NCBI GenBank assembly: GCA_052386995.1
Contig: JBQTJP010000038.1
Span: 1-10,475 of the forward strand
Source: Armatimonadota bacterium
GTDB lineage: Bacteria > Sysuimicrobiota > Sysuimicrobiia > Sysuimicrobiales > Humicultoraceae
Direction of reading: 5' to 3'
DNA length: 10,475 nt
A program made the position numbers and the translations under genes. This document shows positions 6,339 to 10,475 of this stretch, in pieces. Under the pieces are notes generated by a model. The model saw only the letters and a program-made list of their open reading frames with translations. It searched no databases and had not been told where the DNA came from. Every line of letters starts with the position of its first letter. Within the stretch, counting starts at the first letter, position 1.

Positions 6339-7189
6339 TGGCCAAGATCGCCGCCCCGCTTCAGCGCGCGTCGTCGCGACGACCTCCCCGCATGGTCCCC
6401 GCGGTCGAGCGGGCTGTGCGCGTTCTGCGGCTGCTCGCTTCTGATGGAGGCCCGCGGCGGCTCACCGACCTGAGCCGCGCGCTCGCCGTCAGCAAGAGCA
6501 CACTTTCCGAGCTCCTCGGCACGCTTGAACAGCTTGACCTCGTGGAGCGCGATCGCGAGTCGCGCGCGTTCCGCCTGGGCTATGGCCTGCTGGAGCTGGG
6601 GAATGGGGTGCTGCGGCGGCTCGATCTCCGCCAGCTTGCCCGCCCCTATCTGATACAGCTGCGGGACGCCGTCGGTGAGACCGCCGTGTTGCACGTACCG
6701 GTCGATCAGGGCGCGCTGATCGTCGACCGGGTGGAATCGGATCATCAGCTCAAGGTGGTGGCGCCCGTCGGCCATCGCCTCCCGCCGTTTGCCGGGTCGG
6801 TGGCCAAGGTCTTCGCGGCGCAGCACGCCGACAAGGAGCTCGCGGCGCTGTTGCGGCCCCGCGCTCTGCGGACGTTCACGCCCCGATCGATGACAAGTGG
6901 GCAGCGATATCGGAGGGAGATCCTGCGGGTACGCCGGCGCGGCTATGCGGTCGACGATGAAGAGTACCTTCCGGGCGTGCGCGCCGTCTCCGCGCCGGTC
7001 CTGGACAGCCGCGGCCGCACGGTCGCTGCGATCACCATCGTCGGGTCCAGTGCCCGGCTGACTGAATTGCGTATGCGCCAGGCGGCAACTGCGGTGCTGG
7101 TGGCCGCGACCGACGTTTCCCGGCGGTTGGGCGCGCCGGAGTACTCCTGGGCGAGCGCGGGACCGCGACGGATGCCGGTGGGAGGCTAG
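6338..7189 (+). CDS. IclR family transcriptional regulator
   Basis: N-terminal HTH VPAVERAVRVLRLL...LTDLSRALAVSKSTLSELLGTL, then GETAVLHV, VGHRLP and RRRGYAVDDEEYLPGVRAVSAPV. Start is uncertain (GTG 6320, ATG 6338 with GAGG, or ATG 6392). Confidence 0.95.
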   Translation: MAKIAAPLQRASSRRPPRMVPAVERAVRVLRLLASDGGPRRLTDLSRALAVSKSTLSELLGTLEQLDLVERDRESRAFRLGYGLLELGNGVLRRLDLRQLARPYLIQLRDAVGETAVLHVPVDQGALIVDRVESDHQLKVVAPVGHRLPPFAGSVAKVFAAQHADKELAALLRPRALRTFTPRSMTSGQRYRREILRVRRRGYAVDDEEYLPGVRAVSAPVLDSRGRTVAAITIVGSSARLTELRMRQAATAVLVAATDVSRRLGAPEYSWASAGPRRMPVGG

Positions 7190-7191
7190 CG

Positions 7192-7674
7192 ATGCCAAAG
7201 ACCATGGTCACGCTGCGCATCAACGGGGAGACGCACGAAGTCGCGGTGCCCGTGCACAAAACACTCCTCGAGGTGCTGCGGGAAGAGCTCAACCTGACCG
7301 GAACCAAGCACGGCTGCGAACTGGGGGAATGCGGCACGTGCACGGTGCTCGTCGATGGCGAGCCGTGGCTGTCGTGCCTGACCTTGCCGGTGGAGGTCCA
7401 GGATCGCGACATCACCACCGTCGAGGGCATGGCGCACAACGGTCAGCCGCACCCCCTCCAGGTGACCTTTACGGAACTAGGCGCGGCGCAGTGCGGCTAC
7501 TGCACCCCGGGCATCTTGCTGGCGGCCAAGGCCCTGCTGGATGCGACACCGCTGCCGCCCCGTGAGGAGATAGCGGAAGCGCTGTCGGGCAACCTCTGCC
7601 GCTGTACCGGGTACGTCAAGATCTTCGAGGCTGTCGAGCTCGCGGCGCGGCGCATGAATGGAGGCGCGCGATGA
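7192..7674 (+). CDS. Xanthine dehydrogenase family (2Fe-2S)-binding small subunit (HcrC/CoxS-like)
   Basis: GTKHGCELGECGTCTV, SCL, QCGYCTPG and GNLCRCTGY supply the Cys ligands for two 2Fe-2S clusters. RBS GGAGG at 7181-7185. Confidence 0.96.
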   Translation: MPKTMVTLRINGETHEVAVPVHKTLLEVLREELNLTGTKHGCELGECGTCTVLVDGEPWLSCLTLPVEVQDRDITTVEGMAHNGQPHPLQVTFTELGAAQCGYCTPGILLAAKALLDATPLPPREEIAEALSGNLCRCTGYVKIFEAVELAARRMNGGAR

Positions 7675-10061
7675 CCGACGACTTTGCCGTCATCGGCAAG
7701 CCCCTGCCAAAAGTCGATGGGATGGCCAAGTGCACCGGGCAGACAAAATTCGCCGATGATCTGAATCTGTCTCGCATGCTCTTCGGCCGGCTGCTGCGCA
7801 GTGTCCATGCCCATGCCCTGATCAAGCGCATCGACGCGACCCGGGCGGAGCGGCTTCCCGGGGTGCACGCGGTCATCACGGGGAAGGATCTTCCGATCAA
7901 GTTCGGCATCCTGCCCGTCAGTCAGGACGAAGAGACGCTGGCCGTGGACAAAGTGCGCTACGTTGGCGATCCGGTGGCGGCGGTCGCCGCTATCGACGAA
8001 GAGACCGCGGAGCGCGCCCTCGAGTACATCGACATCGAGTACGAGCCGCTGCCGGCCATCATGTCGATTCAGGAGGCCCTGGCCCGCGAAGACGTGCGCA
8101 TCCACGATTACGGCGACGGCCCCAACATTCACAAGATGGTGTCACTCGAGTTCGGCGATGTCGAGGAAGGGTTTGCCGAGGCCCACCACGTTCGCGAGGA
8201 CACGTTCTTCTTCGAAGGCAGCAACCATCTCCCCATGGAGCAGCACGCCGCCGTGGCTTCCTATGAGGCCGACGGCAAGCTCACGGTGTGGTCGGCGACC
8301 CAGACGCCGCACTATGTCCACCGCGCGCTCGAGAAGGTGCTGGAGCATCCCGCGAGCCAGATCCGCGTGATCGCCACGCCGGTCGGCGGCGGCTTCGGGG
8401 GCAAGTCGGATCCGTTCTCGCACGAGATCGCGGCGGCCAAGCTCTCGATGCTCACCGGCCGGCCGGTGAAGATCACGTGCACGCGGGAAGAGGTCTTTTA
8501 CATCCACCGCGGGCGCCACCCCGTGCTCATGTGGGTGAAGACAGGGTTTGCGCGTGACGGACGGATCACGGCGATGCATTTCAAGTCATTCCTGGACGGT
8601 GGGGCGTACGGCAGTTACGGAGTCGCCAGCACCTACTACACCGGGGCGCTGCAGACGACGACCTACAAGATCCCCCGCTACAAGTTCGAAGGTCTGAGGG
8701 TCTTTACCAACAAGCCGCCGTGCGGTCCCAAGCGCGGGCATGGGACGCCGCAGCCGCGCTATGCCCTCGAGTGTCATCTGGACAAGGTGGCTGCCGAATT
8801 GGGGATCGATCCGGTCGAGCTGCGCCGGCGCAACGCGGTTGAGCCGTTCTCCACGACGGTGAACTACCTGCGCATCACCTCCTGCAGGCTGCAGGAGTGC
8901 ATTGACAAAGTCGTGGAGGCCTCGGGCTTCCGCGAAAAGCACGGGCGCCTGCCGGCCGGGAGGGGAATGGGGTTCGGGATCAGCGCGTACCTGTGCGGCG
9001 CCGGGCTGCCCATTTACTGGAACGACATGCCGCAATCGGAGGTCCAGATCAAGATCGACCGGGGCGGCGGCGTCACCGTCTACTCGATGGCCATCGACAT
9101 CGGCCAGGGCTCGGATTCTGTGCTGGTCTTCATCGTGGCCGAGGTCCTGGGGATCGAGCCCTCCGACATCAAGCTGGTGACGGCCGACACAGACCTTACT
9201 CCCATCGATCTGGGGAGTTACTCCAGCCGCGTCACGTTCATGGCCGGAAACGCCGCTGTGGAGGCGGCGCAGAAGGTGCGGGCGACGATCTTCGAGGCCG
9301 CTGCGGAGAAACTGCAAGTGCCCGCCGTGCGCCTGATGGCCAGAGGGCGCCGGGTTTACGATCGGGAGAACCCGGAGCACGGCCTGACATGGGTCGAGGC
9401 GATTCGCGCCGCCGAGGCGCGCGTTGGCCTGCTGGCCGCGGTCGGCAGCTACCGCGCGCCGAAGCTCTCGGGGCCCTACAAAGGCTCAGGCGTGGGCCCC
9501 TCGCCCGCCTATTCCTACTCGGCGTCCGTCGTACAGGTGAAATGCGATCCCCAGACCGGCGCGATCGTCGTCGAGAAGGTCTGGATCGCGCACGACGTCG
9601 GCCGGTCCATCAATCCGATCCTCGTGGCGGGACAGGTCGAAGGCAGCGTCTACATGGCGCTCGGCGAGGTGTTGATGGAAGAGCAGACTTTCCGTCGCGG
9701 CGTGCACAAGTTCCCCTCGATGCTCGAGTACAAGAGTCCGACCACCCTGGAGACTCCGGAGATGCAGTGTTTCATCGTGGAGTCCGTGGATCCCGAGGGA
9801 CCGTTCGGCGCGAAGGAGGCCGGCCAGGGCCCGCTGCTGCCCGTGATCCCGGCCGTCGCCAATGCCGTCGCCGACGCGCTCGGCATTCGCATCGACGAGA
9901 TCCCCATCACCCCCGAAAAGGTTCTGGCGGCGCTGGCCGATCGGCGCAAGGGCGGACCGGGCCGTGTCGGGCCGCGCGAGATCCCGAAGATCACGTTCAA
10001 GGATCCGATCCGGGTCGAACTCCCACCCGGGTGGCAGAAGCCGGTGGCTGTGCGGCCATGA
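7671..10061 (+). CDS. Xanthine dehydrogenase family molybdopterin-binding large subunit (4-hydroxybenzoyl-CoA reductase alpha, HcrA-like)
   Basis: Motifs DKVRYVGDPVAAV, GGGFGGK, PCGPKRGHG, DIGQG, GSYSSRVTFMAGNA, GQVEG and GPFGAKE. RBS GGAGG at 7660-7664, ATGA overlap with the small subunit. Confidence 0.94.
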   Translation: MTDDFAVIGKPLPKVDGMAKCTGQTKFADDLNLSRMLFGRLLRSVHAHALIKRIDATRAERLPGVHAVITGKDLPIKFGILPVSQDEETLAVDKVRYVGDPVAAVAAIDEETAERALEYIDIEYEPLPAIMSIQEALAREDVRIHDYGDGPNIHKMVSLEFGDVEEGFAEAHHVREDTFFFEGSNHLPMEQHAAVASYEADGKLTVWSATQTPHYVHRALEKVLEHPASQIRVIATPVGGGFGGKSDPFSHEIAAAKLSMLTGRPVKITCTREEVFYIHRGRHPVLMWVKTGFARDGRITAMHFKSFLDGGAYGSYGVASTYYTGALQTTTYKIPRYKFEGLRVFTNKPPCGPKRGHGTPQPRYALECHLDKVAAELGIDPVELRRRNAVEPFSTTVNYLRITSCRLQECIDKVVEASGFREKHGRLPAGRGMGFGISAYLCGAGLPIYWNDMPQSEVQIKIDRGGGVTVYSMAIDIGQGSDSVLVFIVAEVLGIEPSDIKLVTADTDLTPIDLGSYSSRVTFMAGNAAVEAAQKVRATIFEAAAEKLQVPAVRLMARGRRVYDRENPEHGLTWVEAIRAAEARVGLLAAVGSYRAPKLSGPYKGSGVGPSPAYSYSASVVQVKCDPQTGAIVVEKVWIAHDVGRSINPILVAGQVEGSVYMALGEVLMEEQTFRRGVHKFPSMLEYKSPTTLETPEMQCFIVESVDPEGPFGAKEAGQGPLLPVIPAVANAVADALGIRIDEIPITPEKVLAALADRRKGGPGRVGPREIPKITFKDPIRVELPPGWQKPVAVRP

Positions 10062-10475
10062 TGCGTCTCCCGCCGTTCACCTATCTCTCGCCGCGGACGC
10101 TCGATGAGGCGGCGCGGATGCTGAGCGATCACGGGCCTGAGGCGATGGCCGTCGCGGGAGGCACGGACCTCTACCCAAACATGAAGCGCCGGCAGTTCGA
10201 GCCCAAGGTGCTGGTGGGCCTGCGCGGGCTGCGGGAGTTGCGTGGCATTCGCGGCGACGGGCGCGTCGGGTTGACCGTCGGCGCCGGGACTGTGCTGCGA
10301 GAGTTCCTCACGCATTCTGCCGTCGCCGGACATTACCCGGCGCTGGCGCGCGCGGCCGGTCTGATCTCCAACCCGCAGATCCGCTACATGGGCACTGTCG
10401 GTGGCAATCTGCTCGTCGACACCCGCTGCAACTACTACAACATGCCCTACTGGTGGCGGAGGTCGATCCACTTCT
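10058..10475 (+). CDS. Xanthine dehydrogenase family FAD-binding medium subunit with start of a [4Fe-4S]-type insert (HcrB-like), 3' truncated
   Basis: Not in the ORF track; translated by hand from the ATGA overlap: MMRLPPFTYLSPRTLDEA...AGGTDLYPNMK...NPQIRYMGTVGGNLLVDTRCNYYNMPYWWRRSIHF. AGGTDL and TVGGN are FAD-binding motifs. Confidence 0.93.
   Translation, partial: MMRLPPFTYLSPRTLDEAARMLSDHGPEAMAVAGGTDLYPNMKRRQFEPKVLVGLRGLRELRGIRGDGRVGLTVGAGTVLREFLTHSAVAGHYPALARAAGLISNPQIRYMGTVGGNLLVDTRCNYYNMPYWWRRSIHF

Noticed and set aside
7671..10061. Aerobic CO dehydrogenase CoxL or true xanthine dehydrogenase
   Set aside because: Lacks AYxCSFR/AYRGAGR and AFRGFG loops, has KRGHG instead, and the gene order is not coxMSL.
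6230..10471. Minus-strand ORFs opposite IclR and the Mo-enzyme genes (322, 211, 264, 273 aa and others)
   Set aside because: Shadow frames of well-supported plus-strand genes.
1..10475. Integron integrase, transposase, CRISPR array, tRNA or rRNA
   Set aside because: No tyrosine recombinase or DDE-like ORF, regularly spaced repeats or RNA gene signatures were seen by eye.

Overview
GC-rich bacterial window with three parts. (1) 1-1900: the 3' end of an aldehyde dehydrogenase gene is followed directly by what looks like an integrase-less integron cassette array. It contains a cluster of core-site (GTTRRRY-like) motifs with an attI-like layout (~461-525), a complete SnoaL/NTF2-like gene cassette (520-994) closed by a clear 57-bp attC (944-1000), and a GNAT acetyltransferase cassette whose own attC appears lost. 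(2) 1910-6120, minus strand: a bicupin gene followed by a 1040-aa class III nucleotide cyclase/STAND-type ATPase/helical-repeat protein. (3) 6338-end, plus strand, divergent from the cupin: an IclR regulator followed by a three-subunit xanthine-oxidase-family molybdoenzyme (2Fe-2S, Mo, FAD subunits). It resembles 4-hydroxybenzoyl-CoA reductase (hcrCAB order, start of a [4Fe-4S]-type insert in the FAD subunit), but the family's catalytic Glu appears to be Gln. No RNA genes, CRISPR array, transposase or integrase were seen. Comparisons with known proteins and sites are from memory, not from database searches.
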